The position numbers and the translations under genes were made by a program. A model generated the notes under the pieces. That model had not been told where the DNA came from. It did no database searches and saw only the letters and a program-made list of their open reading frames with translations. DNA of 64,000 nt from NCBI GenBank assembly GCA_963790475.1, contig CAWBOS010000006.1, positions 608,001 through 672,000 of the forward strand, read 5' to 3'. The number at the start of each line of letters is the position of its first letter. The first letter of the stretch is position 1. This DNA comes from an uncultured delta proteobacterium. Lineage in GTDB: Bacteria > Desulfobacterota > RBG-13-43-22. This document shows positions 39,658 to 49,293 of this stretch, one piece after another.

Positions 39658-40509
39658 TTATTTCCGTCTCTGATATCGAAAACGGGGAATATGTTGTTTC
39701 TTTTGATTGAAAACGACCCCCAAAAACGCCCGGTGACCGATGAACCTTTCCGCTGCCCGCCTAACGACTTCTTTCCGGGCAGCCCGGGCCTGGATGATCA
39801 GAACCGAGGCCTCCACCCAAGGGAGGATCATTTCCGCTTCAGGGCTTTCCAAAATGGGGGGGAGATCCAGCAGGATAAAATCAAACTCCGCTTTAAAAGC
39901 GTTCAATAATCCTTCCATCCCTTCAGAACCCAATAAAGGCAACGGCTGCTGAAGAGGCTGCCCGAAAGGAAGAATATAGAAATTTTTAATATCACTGATT
40001 CGAAGGGCATCTTCCCAGAGTATTTTACCCAGTAAGACGTCGGTTAACCCCGGAAGGGGGTCCAAATCGAACAGGGTATGGATTTCCGGATGCCGGGCAT
40101 TCCCATCCAACAGCAATATATTCCCAGTGCAGATTTTGGCCAGAGCCAAAGACACATTGGAACAGACGGTGGTTGTGCCCTCACCGGACACCGAAGAAGT
40201 AAACAGAATAGCCCCTTTTTTCCCCTCCCCCATTTGCATTCTTATGTTGAGTGCAATAGAATCGATCTCTTTGGACCGCCATAATAAGTGCTCGGTTTCA
40301 CCGGGGGGAAGAGCCTTTCTCGAAAAATAATTTCCTGGAACGGTATTCATCCTGACGGTAAAAGACCGCGGGGACGGCTTCTCCCCATCTAGTGGAAGGG
40401 TCCCATCCAAGGCCTTCCGGACCGCTTCTTCCACTGCCTGTTGCAGGTGTCGATCAATCCCCACCTTTTGTTCTCTGGCCTTTTTCAAGGCCTCTTCTTT
40501 GGTACTCAA
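39658..40509 (-). CDS. CpsD/CapB-type BY-kinase homolog with degenerate Walker A
   Basis: FTSSVSGEGTTT, LLDGN.R.P, LLDLPP, GVVFN. Confidence 0.88.
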   Translation of the reverse strand: MSTKEEALKKAREQKVGIDRHLQQAVEEAVRKALDGTLPLDGEKPSPRSFTVRMNTVPGNYFSRKALPPGETEHLLWRSKEIDSIALNIRMQMGEGKKGAILFTSSVSGEGTTTVCSNVSLALAKICTGNILLLDGNARHPEIHTLFDLDPLPGLTDVLLGKILWEDALRISDIKNFYILPFGQPLQQPLPLLGSEGMEGLLNAFKAEFDFILLDLPPILESPEAEMILPWVEASVLIIQARAARKEVVRRAAERFIGHRAFLGVVFNQKKQHIPRFRYQRRK

Positions 40510-41756
40510 CGAGATGCTCCCCTGGGATTGACTCCGGACCCTTCCGGTTCCGGATACATCTTATTGAGCCTTTTCCTTGGCAGAAGGGGATCGGAGCGAC
40601 TGTCTTTTTCCATTTCAGTCAAGGGAATTTTTATGGTATTGGCCGGGGAAGAGGTCTCGAAACCCTGATTCTCTTTTCTCCACTCCGTAAAAGCCGCCAT
40701 AGAACCCAAACCTGCGACAGTGACCGCCAAGACTACCAGCAGGGCAATCAGGGCTCGTTTTGATTTTTCTGCCCGGCGGGAAAATTTTTCTTCCGAAACT
40801 GAACCTCCTCCCGGCTCGGGTTCTTCAAAAGAACCGGCCTTGAATTGAATTTCTTTGACTCCGGATGTCTGCACCCCCCTTCCCTGGTTCTCATTAATTT
40901 TCCCAGGAAACCTTTGCTTCCTTTCCTCGTTCAGTTCTTCTGCGGATCTGGTCCCTTCGATTTCCTTTTGAGCCCTCCTAACCAGAAAGGGATCTATGAT
41001 CCAGGCTTCGGCCACATAGGCATGGATCAGACAGGAATCACACAAGAAATTGATTAGCCGAGGAATTCCCTTGCTGAATCGGTAAATGAGATCCATGGCT
41101 TCGGGGGTGAAGCGTAGGGACGGTTTAGGTTGGACCTTATTCAAACGGAACACCACATAGCCGTGGGTCTCCGCCCTGGTCAAAGGCCCCAGGTAGAAAC
41201 TTCCGGCAACCCTTTGTCTGAGTTGGACCATATCCGGTCTTTCCATATTTCTCGCTAATCCCGGCTGGCCTACAAATACAATTTGGATCAATTTTTCCCG
41301 GGGGGTTTCCAGATTGGAAAGCATCCGTATCCCTTCCAGGACCGAAGGTTCCAAGTTTTGGGCTTCATCGACGATCAAGACTACCTTACGATTCTGACCA
41401 TAAGCCTCAATCAAATAGTGTTTCAAGGCCTTCAGGAGGTCCCATTTTTGCTGCCCTGGAGATGATATCCCCAGTTCCTCGACCACTTCCCGTAAAAATT
41501 CACAAAAATCCAAATTGGTATGAATAATGTGGACGACGGTAATCTTTTGAGCATCCAAGCGATCGATAAGCGCCCGGCACAAGGTGGTCTTCCCTGTTCC
41601 CACCTCTCCGATGAGGACCGAGAACCCCTTCCCATCCAAAATATTAAACTCCAAATGGGCCAATCCTTCCCGGTGCCCGACGGAAAGATATAAAAACTCG
41701 GTATCAGGAGTTTCCGCGAAAGGTTTTTCCGAAAGCCCGAAATATTCTTGATACAT
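40506..41756 (-). CDS. ExeA/GspA-family AAA ATPase with C-terminal TM
   Basis: MYQEYFGL..KPF..TPD, GEVGTGKT, DEAQNL, QLRQR, GIPRLIN. Confidence 0.92.
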   Translation of the reverse strand: MYQEYFGLSEKPFAETPDTEFLYLSVGHREGLAHLEFNILDGKGFSVLIGEVGTGKTTLCRALIDRLDAQKITVVHIIHTNLDFCEFLREVVEELGISSPGQQKWDLLKALKHYLIEAYGQNRKVVLIVDEAQNLEPSVLEGIRMLSNLETPREKLIQIVFVGQPGLARNMERPDMVQLRQRVAGSFYLGPLTRAETHGYVVFRLNKVQPKPSLRFTPEAMDLIYRFSKGIPRLINFLCDSCLIHAYVAEAWIIDPFLVRRAQKEIEGTRSAEELNEERKQRFPGKINENQGRGVQTSGVKEIQFKAGSFEEPEPGGGSVSEEKFSRRAEKSKRALIALLVVLAVTVAGLGSMAAFTEWRKENQGFETSSPANTIKIPLTEMEKDSRSDPLLPRKRLNKMYPEPEGSGVNPRGASR

Positions 41757-41912
41757 TTTGCTCCTATTGTTTCGGAAATCGGTTTATAAGAAAGGGGAGT
41801 CCTCTAAGGTCATCGTCGACCCATCGGAAAGGGACAGGGAAAAGGCAAAGACGGCAATAAGCCGGAAAAGAAACGGCCGGGATAAGTTTAAAATCCTTTT
41901 CGAATTTCCTGC

Positions 41913-42311
41913 TCATCGTGACAAGGATTTTTTGATCATCTTTTCCTGTTCACCGCCGCTTCTGGACAGAAAATTAAAAATAGCCGCCCGGAAAATTTCC
42001 ACCTTGGAACGTCTTAAACTTTTAGATAGTTCATTTAAACTGATTAACTGACTTTCCGATAAAGTGGTGGTGAAGGGCCTTAATTGACTTTTTTCCATTT
42101 TATTATAGGTAGTTAAAATGATACTTTCCTGATCTTTTTCCGGAAGGCCCAAAAATATATTTAAGGAGGTACGAACCCAGTCCGCCTTTTTTCGATGAAG
42201 GGCCGTGGCCGCTTCCTGAAGAGAATCCCTTAGTCCTTTAGGCAACGAGGTGGAATACATTACCTTTCTATCCTTGCCTTTCGGTTTATCATCTTCCAGA
42301 AAAATTTTCAT
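41913..42311 (-). CDS. Tandem ribbon-helix-helix protein
   Basis: Two similar units: YSTSLP..L..AA..L.RKKADWVR.SL..FL and FTTTLS..L..LS..L.RSKVEIFR.AI..FL. Confidence 0.75.
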   Translation of the reverse strand: MKIFLEDDKPKGKDRKVMYSTSLPKGLRDSLQEAATALHRKKADWVRTSLNIFLGLPEKDQESIILTTYNKMEKSQLRPFTTTLSESQLISLNELSKSLRRSKVEIFRAAIFNFLSRSGGEQEKMIKKSLSR

Positions 42312-42591
42312 AGGCGTTTGTTTTAGATATAATTCTCTTAATGGTTTTATATTTTATTAAATTTTAGAAAGTGATAAACTCTATATATCAGAGGGGCGGT
42401 CTTATGTCAACATAAAAAATTAATGACATTTAATTTTTTTTATTGTTATTTAATTAGAATGGATTATAATTAATGAGAGATAATCGACCATATTTTTTAT
42501 TTCTTGTATATAACTGATTAAATTTAAACCAATAAATTGCCTGATTCTATCCACTTGACGAAAAGGTTTAGTATTAAGCTAAGGAGGCAAT

Positions 42592-42696
42592 ATGGTCCTA
42601 TTCATCTTAGGCTTATTTGTGGGATGCAATTTAGGGGTTTTTCTAATTTCTTTGGTGGTAAAATCCAAAGAAGCGACGAGGCCTTCGAACTTGTAG
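42592..42696 (+). CDS. 34-aa single-TM small protein
   Basis: AAGGAGG RBS; MVLFILGLFVGCNLGVFLISLVVKSKEATRPSNL; below the ORF-track cutoff. Confidence 0.7.
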   Translation: MVLFILGLFVGCNLGVFLISLVVKSKEATRPSNL

Positions 42697-42774
42697 TCCA
42701 ATAATCTCCGGCAGTGCCGGAATCCTAAAAGGGGCCAGATTGCCAGCCAAAATCCTTAATTAAATCCTTCCCGG

Positions 42775-43998
42775 TCAGGAGAGTTCAGAAATGGTCAGTT
42801 CCAGAAGGGAATGAATCACCTGGGGATTAAAATGCTCGTCCAAATTGGGGATGATCTTCTGTTCATAAAGTTTCCCTTCTATTTCTTTCTTGAGCACTTT
42901 GAAAAAAGCGGTAACAATCTGTTTTTCAAACTGGATATTGACGTTTTTTCGAATTTCTTTTAGTGTCTTTTCAAAACTGAGACGATGGCGATAGGGACGA
43001 TGGCTGGTCATGGCATCAAAAGCATCGGCCAGACAGATGATCTTAGCCCCTCTGGAGATTTGATCCCCTTTTAAACCATCGGGATACCCATGGCCGTCTA
43101 ATTTTTCATGGTGGGATTTGGCCATGAGCGGTACGTCGGCCCAAGGGAAACGGATCGTCGACAATATCTGATAGCCCGCCTTGGTATGTTCCATAATTTC
43201 CGTGAACTCCCTGGAGGTGAGGTGTTTTTTCTTATTGATGATATCTCGATCGACTACAATTTTTCCGACATCGTGCAGCAGACCGGCTACATAAAAACCC
43301 TCCAGGACTTCTCCCGATAAACCCATTTCTTTCCCGATAGCCACGGCATACTGGGCCACCCGGTTGGAATGGCCCCGGGTGTAAGAATCTTTGGCATCGA
43401 TTGCTGCGGCAAAGGCCCGTATGGTATCGTCATAAATAAACCGCAGGTTCTCCACCATTTTCTGATTTTCATTCACTTTCAGGTTTAAGGCTTCGAGTAG
43501 ACTTTGGCTGTAAAGGGCATTGGCAATAGGATGTCCGAGCAAGGCAAGAACGTTTTTATCCATCGGGGTGTAAGGGGCTTCATCCAATTTGGCCCCCAGG
43601 CAAATCAGTCCGATCAATTCTCCTTTAACCTGTAAGGGGACACCCAAGACCACTTTTAATCGGGAGAAAAGAGGCAAATTGGAGTCGTAAAAACGACGGA
43701 TCTCCGTTCTTCGTCCCCCAAAGGAAAAAATTCCGGGATTCGCTCTGAGATAGACCTCGGTTTCAAGGGGAAGCACCAGTTTCGCAAGCTCGTCTTTATT
43801 TAATCCTTTGGCGGCCAACAAGCCCAGGCATTTTTTTGTCTCCTCCAGGGCAAAGATTCCCCCCCGGGTAATGGAAAGGGTCCCTAAAATCATGTGCAGA
43901 GAATTCCGGATGGAAAGCTGAAAATTCCGGGCCGACCGGACTTCTTCCCCCAACTCAGAAAGGGTCGAAAAGACATAAAAGAGCTTTTTGTAATCCAT
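42775..43998 (-). CDS. GAF + HD-GYP phosphodiesterase
   Basis: GAF (PLQVKGELIGLI.LG), YTRGHS.RV, HDVGK, HHEKLDG.GYP. Confidence 0.93.
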   Translation of the reverse strand: MDYKKLFYVFSTLSELGEEVRSARNFQLSIRNSLHMILGTLSITRGGIFALEETKKCLGLLAAKGLNKDELAKLVLPLETEVYLRANPGIFSFGGRRTEIRRFYDSNLPLFSRLKVVLGVPLQVKGELIGLICLGAKLDEAPYTPMDKNVLALLGHPIANALYSQSLLEALNLKVNENQKMVENLRFIYDDTIRAFAAAIDAKDSYTRGHSNRVAQYAVAIGKEMGLSGEVLEGFYVAGLLHDVGKIVVDRDIINKKKHLTSREFTEIMEHTKAGYQILSTIRFPWADVPLMAKSHHEKLDGHGYPDGLKGDQISRGAKIICLADAFDAMTSHRPYRHRLSFEKTLKEIRKNVNIQFEKQIVTAFFKVLKKEIEGKLYEQKIIPNLDEHFNPQVIHSLLELTISELS

Positions 43999-44348
43999 TA
44001 GCCCTTTTTTAAAAATTCAAACGCCTCTGAAGTGGAGGCGAAGGTAGCCGAATATTTCTTGAGTCCCACCATCTCAAAAAGTTCATCGTTGATTTTGGAT
44101 AAAGAAGTAAAGCAAACCTTGAGGGTCTTTTCCCGGGTAGCCTCGATAATGCCGACTAAAAAAGACACTCCGATACTATTGATATAGGCGATCTTGCCAA
44201 AATCGATAATAAATTTTTTATAGCTTTCTTTTACCTTGGTCTTAAACAACTTTTCAATCTCTTCTCCTCCCAAATCGTTCAGATATCCCTGAAGTTTAAA
44301 AAGGATTACATCCCTCTGCTGTTCTTGAGTTACCTTAAAATTTCTCAT
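43998..44348 (-). CDS. STAS anti-anti-sigma factor
   Basis: IIDF..IAYINSIG, LFEMVGL; 116 aa. Confidence 0.9.
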   Translation of the reverse strand: MRNFKVTQEQQRDVILFKLQGYLNDLGGEEIEKLFKTKVKESYKKFIIDFGKIAYINSIGVSFLVGIIEATREKTLKVCFTSLSKINDELFEMVGLKKYSATFASTSEAFEFLKKG

Positions 44349-46062
44349 CTTCTCTCACACCCTCTTGCCGGATTAATTTTTTGGTCATGAAAAGCCTGGT
44401 TCCGATTTCGGTTTTCTCGAAACGGACTTCATCCATCATTTCTTTGATTAAAGCAAAGCCACGGCCCCTTTTTTGTGAAAAGGGGACCCCCTCTCGAATG
44501 ATCCTGGCCTGAACGGCTACCGGATCAAAGGCCTGTCCCCGATCTTCAACCAGAATTTCGATCGCTTCCGGTCGAACCGCGAAATAAATGCGAATCTTTT
44601 TTTCAAAGCTTTGGCTGTGTTCGCCGGCGTTGATGCAGGCTTCGATAAGGGCGACCTTGATCTTTTCAACACTGGCCTCATCCAAATCTGAATAAGTGGC
44701 AATCTGCTCCAGAGCCCGTACCGCCACCAGCTCAGATTCCGAGTTTACAGGTAGCACCAAACTAAATTGCAATCCATTTTCGCTTGAAAGGGGAGACGAT
44801 GCCCCTTCTTCTTCAGATTTTGAAAGTCCCTCCTCGATCTTCTTTCCCAACTGTTCGATAATTTGGCCAAGATTCTCTCCCCGGAAGTGTTTTCTTACCA
44901 GCACTTCCACCCAATCCCGAAGAACCCGGTTGTTCTCCAATCCGATATTTCCAAAACGTTCCCAAACAAGACCGGCCCGTTCCAATAATCGAATTAGAGA
45001 TTGGCCCTTCTTGGAAGGCGAATCGACCGTCCTTGATAAATCGGTCATAGTAATTCCGGCCCCCTCTGATTTCAAAAGTTGACCTAAGATCTTGAGAAGT
45101 AAGCGTCCATCCCAGGGGTCCATCCCCGAAAAATCATAAAGCCGGTTTTCAAATACCCGCCCTAATCCCCCCTGCCAGAGGGACTTCAGGTATAACTCAA
45201 CAAATCTTCGATGGCTTTCCAATTCAGGGGCTTCCAGTCGGGCCTCCCGTATCAGAAAAGTGAAAAACCCGGGATTGGATTCCAAATAAAGAAACCAAGT
45301 AGGACTCAAGTCTTTGGCAATCTTGACCTTAAAAGTTTTTTCCAGAAAAAGGCGCAGTTCTTCCTCGGCCTCCTCCGGGAAAGGAGATAATTCAATAACC
45401 GGTATATCAGGAGGGCCAAAAGAAGGAAGAAGGTGTTTGAGCAAATAGCCGGGAGGCTCTCCCGAGAAAAGATGCGGGGCCCAGGGGGAGGCTATCGCTT
45501 CCCGCCATAATCCGGCAATACCCTTCCCGGTTATCGAGAAGGCCTCAATGAATTGAATATGATCGACCATCACCCAGACCGGTTTATTCGATGCCTGGGC
45601 AATACGCCCGGGGGCGGCCAAAGCGTTTAACAATCCTTTTCGTTCGTCTCTGGTCCTGACCGCGCGGTGGTGTGCCAGAATTATTTCCTCAATAATTTCT
45701 TTTCCCTGCCTCTCGGCCTCTTGCTTAAGGCCGGAGAAAGAAAACGAAGACTGACCCCGGGTAGCGATCCGTTCTTTTCGGTCAAACAAAAGGATTTGGC
45801 TGAAAACGGAGACCAGATACTCTTCGGCAAAATCCAAAGGATCGATAAAGTCCCGGGGAAAAGAGAAATAAACGGGAATGACCTCTTCCTGGCCCCAAAA
45901 CAGTATCTCCTTCAGCTTCTTTAACAGGGCGCTTTTCCCTCTTCCCCAGGGAGAGATCAAAAACGAATCCTCTCCCCGGCCCTGAGCGACTTCCTCCCCC
46001 TTTTTTTTGAAAAGGTCCAGTTCGAAATGACGATTGATAAAGGGGTTCTCTTCTATTTTCAC
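44335..46062 (-). CDS. P-loop NTPase fused to an RsbW-like HATPase_c Ser kinase
   Basis: PFINR..EL, SPWGRGKS; C-terminal EACINA.EH, EDRG..FD, RGRG..LI..MMDEV. Confidence 0.85.
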   Translation of the reverse strand: MKIEENPFINRHFELDLFKKKGEEVAQGRGEDSFLISPWGRGKSALLKKLKEILFWGQEEVIPVYFSFPRDFIDPLDFAEEYLVSVFSQILLFDRKERIATRGQSSFSFSGLKQEAERQGKEIIEEIILAHHRAVRTRDERKGLLNALAAPGRIAQASNKPVWVMVDHIQFIEAFSITGKGIAGLWREAIASPWAPHLFSGEPPGYLLKHLLPSFGPPDIPVIELSPFPEEAEEELRLFLEKTFKVKIAKDLSPTWFLYLESNPGFFTFLIREARLEAPELESHRRFVELYLKSLWQGGLGRVFENRLYDFSGMDPWDGRLLLKILGQLLKSEGAGITMTDLSRTVDSPSKKGQSLIRLLERAGLVWERFGNIGLENNRVLRDWVEVLVRKHFRGENLGQIIEQLGKKIEEGLSKSEEEGASSPLSSENGLQFSLVLPVNSESELVAVRALEQIATYSDLDEASVEKIKVALIEACINAGEHSQSFEKKIRIYFAVRPEAIEILVEDRGQAFDPVAVQARIIREGVPFSQKRGRGFALIKEMMDEVRFEKTEIGTRLFMTKKLIRQEGVREDEKF

Positions 46063-46065
46063 GAT

Positions 46066-47694
46066 CTAATCTCCATCCGCTTTCTTTTCTAATTCTAAAA
46101 TTCTCAAAGACAGCTCGTTGGAACATGGGCCGTTTTTCCCCTTGTATTTATTTAATAACCCGATGGCCTTCTCTCTCTCCCCTTTTTTTTCTAAAATGAC
46201 CGAGGCCAGCATAAAAGCCTTTTCAAACCCCGAGTTTTTCTTAATAGCCTCATTGACACAGGACAGGGCCGACTCCCAATCTTCCTCCGCCAGATAAATT
46301 TCAGCAAGATCCAGGTAAACGTCCGGGAATTGGATGCCCTGTTCCATCAAGATCTCCAACTCATTTTTGGCCCTCTCCTGCATGTTAATCTTCATAAAGA
46401 TATGATAGAGATTGATACGGGGTTTAAAATAATAGGGATTGATTTCCAGAGCCTTGGAAAAGGACTTAATCGCCTTATCCCAATCATCCATTTGATCATA
46501 AATCTTTCCCAATTGATAATGGAGATCCGCATAATTGGGTGTCTTGGTGATCGCCTCTTCATAAACCCGGATCAGGGTGGTTAACAGGGGGCGATCCCAT
46601 TTGGAACCGAACTTCTCCAATATTTCAATATAATCCGGGACGATGGATAGTTGTTGGGGAAAAATTTGTAACACCGCTTCCAGATAATCTTCCTGCAGGA
46701 GATCCATTTGGGCCATGACAGGCTCCTGGCCCTCGGCCGGCACCATTTTTTTTCTTCTATCCAAACGATCCAATATTTTTATGGCGAACGAACGCTTCGG
46801 TTCTTCCAAATCGAGATCCAGGGCCTTTTGAATTTCTTTCTCCGCCTTCTCAGGCTCATTATTTCTCAGGAATAAGATCCCCAGAATAAAACGAGGATTG
46901 GCATAGTTCTCGTTGACCTCCAGGGCCTTCCGGATACAGTCTCCGGCTCCACTCCAATCTTTTTTTGCCGCCCGGATCAAGCCGGCGTGATAATGGAGAT
47001 CGGGGAAGTTTGGTTTTTTCTTGATTAGTTCATTGAGTTTCTCCAGGGAAGAGTCATAGTTGCCCTGGGCGGCCATAATCAAAGATAACTGGATCCTGGC
47101 TGAAAGATAATGGGGATTCAGGTCAACGGCCTTGGAAAAGGCTTTTTGGGCCTGATCAAATTGCCTCTGGTGGGCATAAACCATCCCCAGGTGATAATGG
47201 AAGTCGGCAAATTTTGGATTCAATTCAACCAGGTGCTGCATTTCTTCCAAGGCTTCTTCATATTTCCTTAAATTATATAGAACAATAGCCACCTTATAAC
47301 GCAAAGAAAGGAGATCGGGGGCCACTTCCAGGACCTTGGAAAAGGCGGTCATGGCTTTTTGATATTTTTTCCAGTTATTGTAGGCAACTCCCAAATAATT
47401 ATAGATTTCGTAATGCGTCGGATTAAATTCCAGGGCCAGGTTAAAATGGGCGATGGCCTCCGGGTAATCCCCTTTATGCAGGAAGAGCAATCCAAGGTTG
47501 CGGTGTATTATCCCGCTGTAAAGCGAGGCCAGGTTATAATGCAAACTGTTTTCGTCCTGACCAAATGCGGTTATTTTTTTAAATTTTTCCAGGGCCTCGA
47601 GGAAAAGACCCTGGTTGTAGAGTTCGATTCCTTCTTCGTAAAAAGTTTCCTTTCCGAAGGTGATAATTTTCTTGATGGTATTTTTTAGTTCCAT
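46066..47694 (-). CDS. Cytoplasmic TPR protein
   Basis: More than 10 TPRs (P.FAD.HY.LG, ALE.NP.Y). Confidence 0.92.
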   Translation of the reverse strand: MELKNTIKKIITFGKETFYEEGIELYNQGLFLEALEKFKKITAFGQDENSLHYNLASLYSGIIHRNLGLLFLHKGDYPEAIAHFNLALEFNPTHYEIYNYLGVAYNNWKKYQKAMTAFSKVLEVAPDLLSLRYKVAIVLYNLRKYEEALEEMQHLVELNPKFADFHYHLGMVYAHQRQFDQAQKAFSKAVDLNPHYLSARIQLSLIMAAQGNYDSSLEKLNELIKKKPNFPDLHYHAGLIRAAKKDWSGAGDCIRKALEVNENYANPRFILGILFLRNNEPEKAEKEIQKALDLDLEEPKRSFAIKILDRLDRRKKMVPAEGQEPVMAQMDLLQEDYLEAVLQIFPQQLSIVPDYIEILEKFGSKWDRPLLTTLIRVYEEAITKTPNYADLHYQLGKIYDQMDDWDKAIKSFSKALEINPYYFKPRINLYHIFMKINMQERAKNELEILMEQGIQFPDVYLDLAEIYLAEEDWESALSCVNEAIKKNSGFEKAFMLASVILEKKGEREKAIGLLNKYKGKNGPCSNELSLRILELEKKADGD

Positions 47695-48033
47695 AAAGTA
47701 TCGCGGTGGCCCATTACCTTGAACCTCGGCCGGAAAGCACTGCCGGGATGGTACGGATTAAAATATTTTTTATCATATTCTATCAGCGAACACAACCGGT
47801 TCTTAATATTTGTTTTTTGCTATCCCGGACAAAACACGGGGTTAATATCAAAGCAGCCCCACCCTATTGTTCGAAACTGGCGCAGGGACCGGAGGTCCTC
47901 CCGGCCTGGCTCTGGTCACTCTTAGCCATTCGGGCCGGATTAGAAGCATAATCACCCTTTGAAAAGCTCTCGAAACAAGCCCCCCCTTCGACCAGCCCCC
48001 CAAAATTGAAAGACAAATTTCAAATATCATCCT

Positions 48034-49245
48034 TTAGATTTTCGGGCGAAACCTTCGGTCATATCCGGTCATTTCCACATATCCGTTCCCGGTCACGGTC
48101 CGACCTTTATAGATTCCCTTCACTTTTACGATACCTTCCCAGTAAGTGATGCCGGTACTTTTGGGGGTCATCAATTCTTGATCGGTCATCAAGGGAACCA
48201 GTTCCAGCCGTAGATCGTGCTGCGGAAAATAAACCTCCCAGGAAGCAGGATAGGAGGCGCCGCTACGGGAACTTTTCCAAAAGTTTAATACCCGGAGATC
48301 GAAATCAGATAATAAAAGATGAATAGGGCGGTAATCAGGTCCGGCCATGGTCCCGCTGGAGTTCGGGTCCACCTGGCCATCCTCATGGCGCAGCTGATAA
48401 ATCATCAGATCCATCCCATTATCAAGCTGAACGGAGAACCAGTCCCATCCGATTTGTGTATCCTGAAGTTGATTACTGCCGAACTCATGGTCCATCCAGC
48501 TAATTCCGGTGACCGGAATTTCTTTCCCCTTGATTTTTAAAATCCCCTTGGTTTCCATTCGGGTCATGGAATAATAATGGGAGGCCCGGCCGGCCCCGGA
48601 CCCTTTCTGGACAACTCCATTAATCCCGTGAATCAGGGGAGGGCCGGTCGGGATAATTTTGAGGGAAACGGAAAGATCAGCATCACCGGCCTGTATATGA
48701 TGTCCTTTTCCCTCTTCGATCACTTTCCAGTTTTCCACCCAGATCCGATATTGATCGGCATCCGCCCCGGCCAATCCTAAATTGCCCCGGTCGGCCTTTT
48801 CCTGATAAAGGAATTTTTTATTACTAATGTCGGAAACTGCCAGATGGGCCAAATAGACATCCCGGATGCGCCAGCGGGAGCCTTCCGGCGGCAGCGGACC
48901 CGGGATCAATCCCACCCGGAAAAAAGTGACCTGATACCCGAAGCTCTCTCCTCCAGGACCCTTGAGATACCCGTTGTAATACCACCATTCAGTCTTGAAT
49001 TCCCGGTGCACCCGGTGATCTCTGGGAAATTCATACTTCCAACCGGGGAGGGCCGGTTTGAAGCCGGGCATTTCGCCGGCAATGGTCCGGGAGGCGACTA
49101 TCAACAAGAAAAGAATGATAAAAAGGAAACGGAGATGCGGAGACGCGGAGACTCGGAGAGGGTCATTCCCCGTTTCTCCCCTTCTCCGTTTCTCCCCTTC
49201 TAAGAATCGCCCCGTCTTCGTGTTATTCTTCGTCATGCCATTCAT
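48034..49245 (-). CDS. Lipocalin-like AttH/CrtC-family protein; start uncertain
   Basis: FPRDH..H..F.TEWWY, SHYYS.TR, WMDHEF, GWDWFS, YWEG, GYVEMTGY. Confidence 0.92.
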   Translation of the reverse strand: MNGMTKNNTKTGRFLEGEKRRRGETGNDPLRVSASPHLRFLFIILFLLIVASRTIAGEMPGFKPALPGWKYEFPRDHRVHREFKTEWWYYNGYLKGPGGESFGYQVTFFRVGLIPGPLPPEGSRWRIRDVYLAHLAVSDISNKKFLYQEKADRGNLGLAGADADQYRIWVENWKVIEEGKGHHIQAGDADLSVSLKIIPTGPPLIHGINGVVQKGSGAGRASHYYSMTRMETKGILKIKGKEIPVTGISWMDHEFGSNQLQDTQIGWDWFSVQLDNGMDLMIYQLRHEDGQVDPNSSGTMAGPDYRPIHLLLSDFDLRVLNFWKSSRSGASYPASWEVYFPQHDLRLELVPLMTDQELMTPKSTGITYWEGIVKVKGIYKGRTVTGNGYVEMTGYDRRFRPKI

Positions 49246-49287
49246 CTCCCCGTCACCGCCTCTCTCCCTCTCCGTGTCTCCGTGTCC
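49125..49287. repeat. Degenerate 8-mer (AGACACGG-like) arrays and palindrome
   Basis: GGAAACGG AGATGCGG AGACGCGG AGACTCGG / CCGTTTCT CCCCTTCT x2; second array CCCCGTCA CCGCCTCT CTCCCTCT CCGTGTCT CCGTGTCC. Confidence 0.85.
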
Positions 49288-49293
49288 GCCCCC

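Noticed and set aside
47940-47965. TPP riboswitch-like ACCCTTTGAA
   Set aside because: Lacks CTGAGA and the downstream CCTGAT..AATGC elements, and points away from the adjacent operon.
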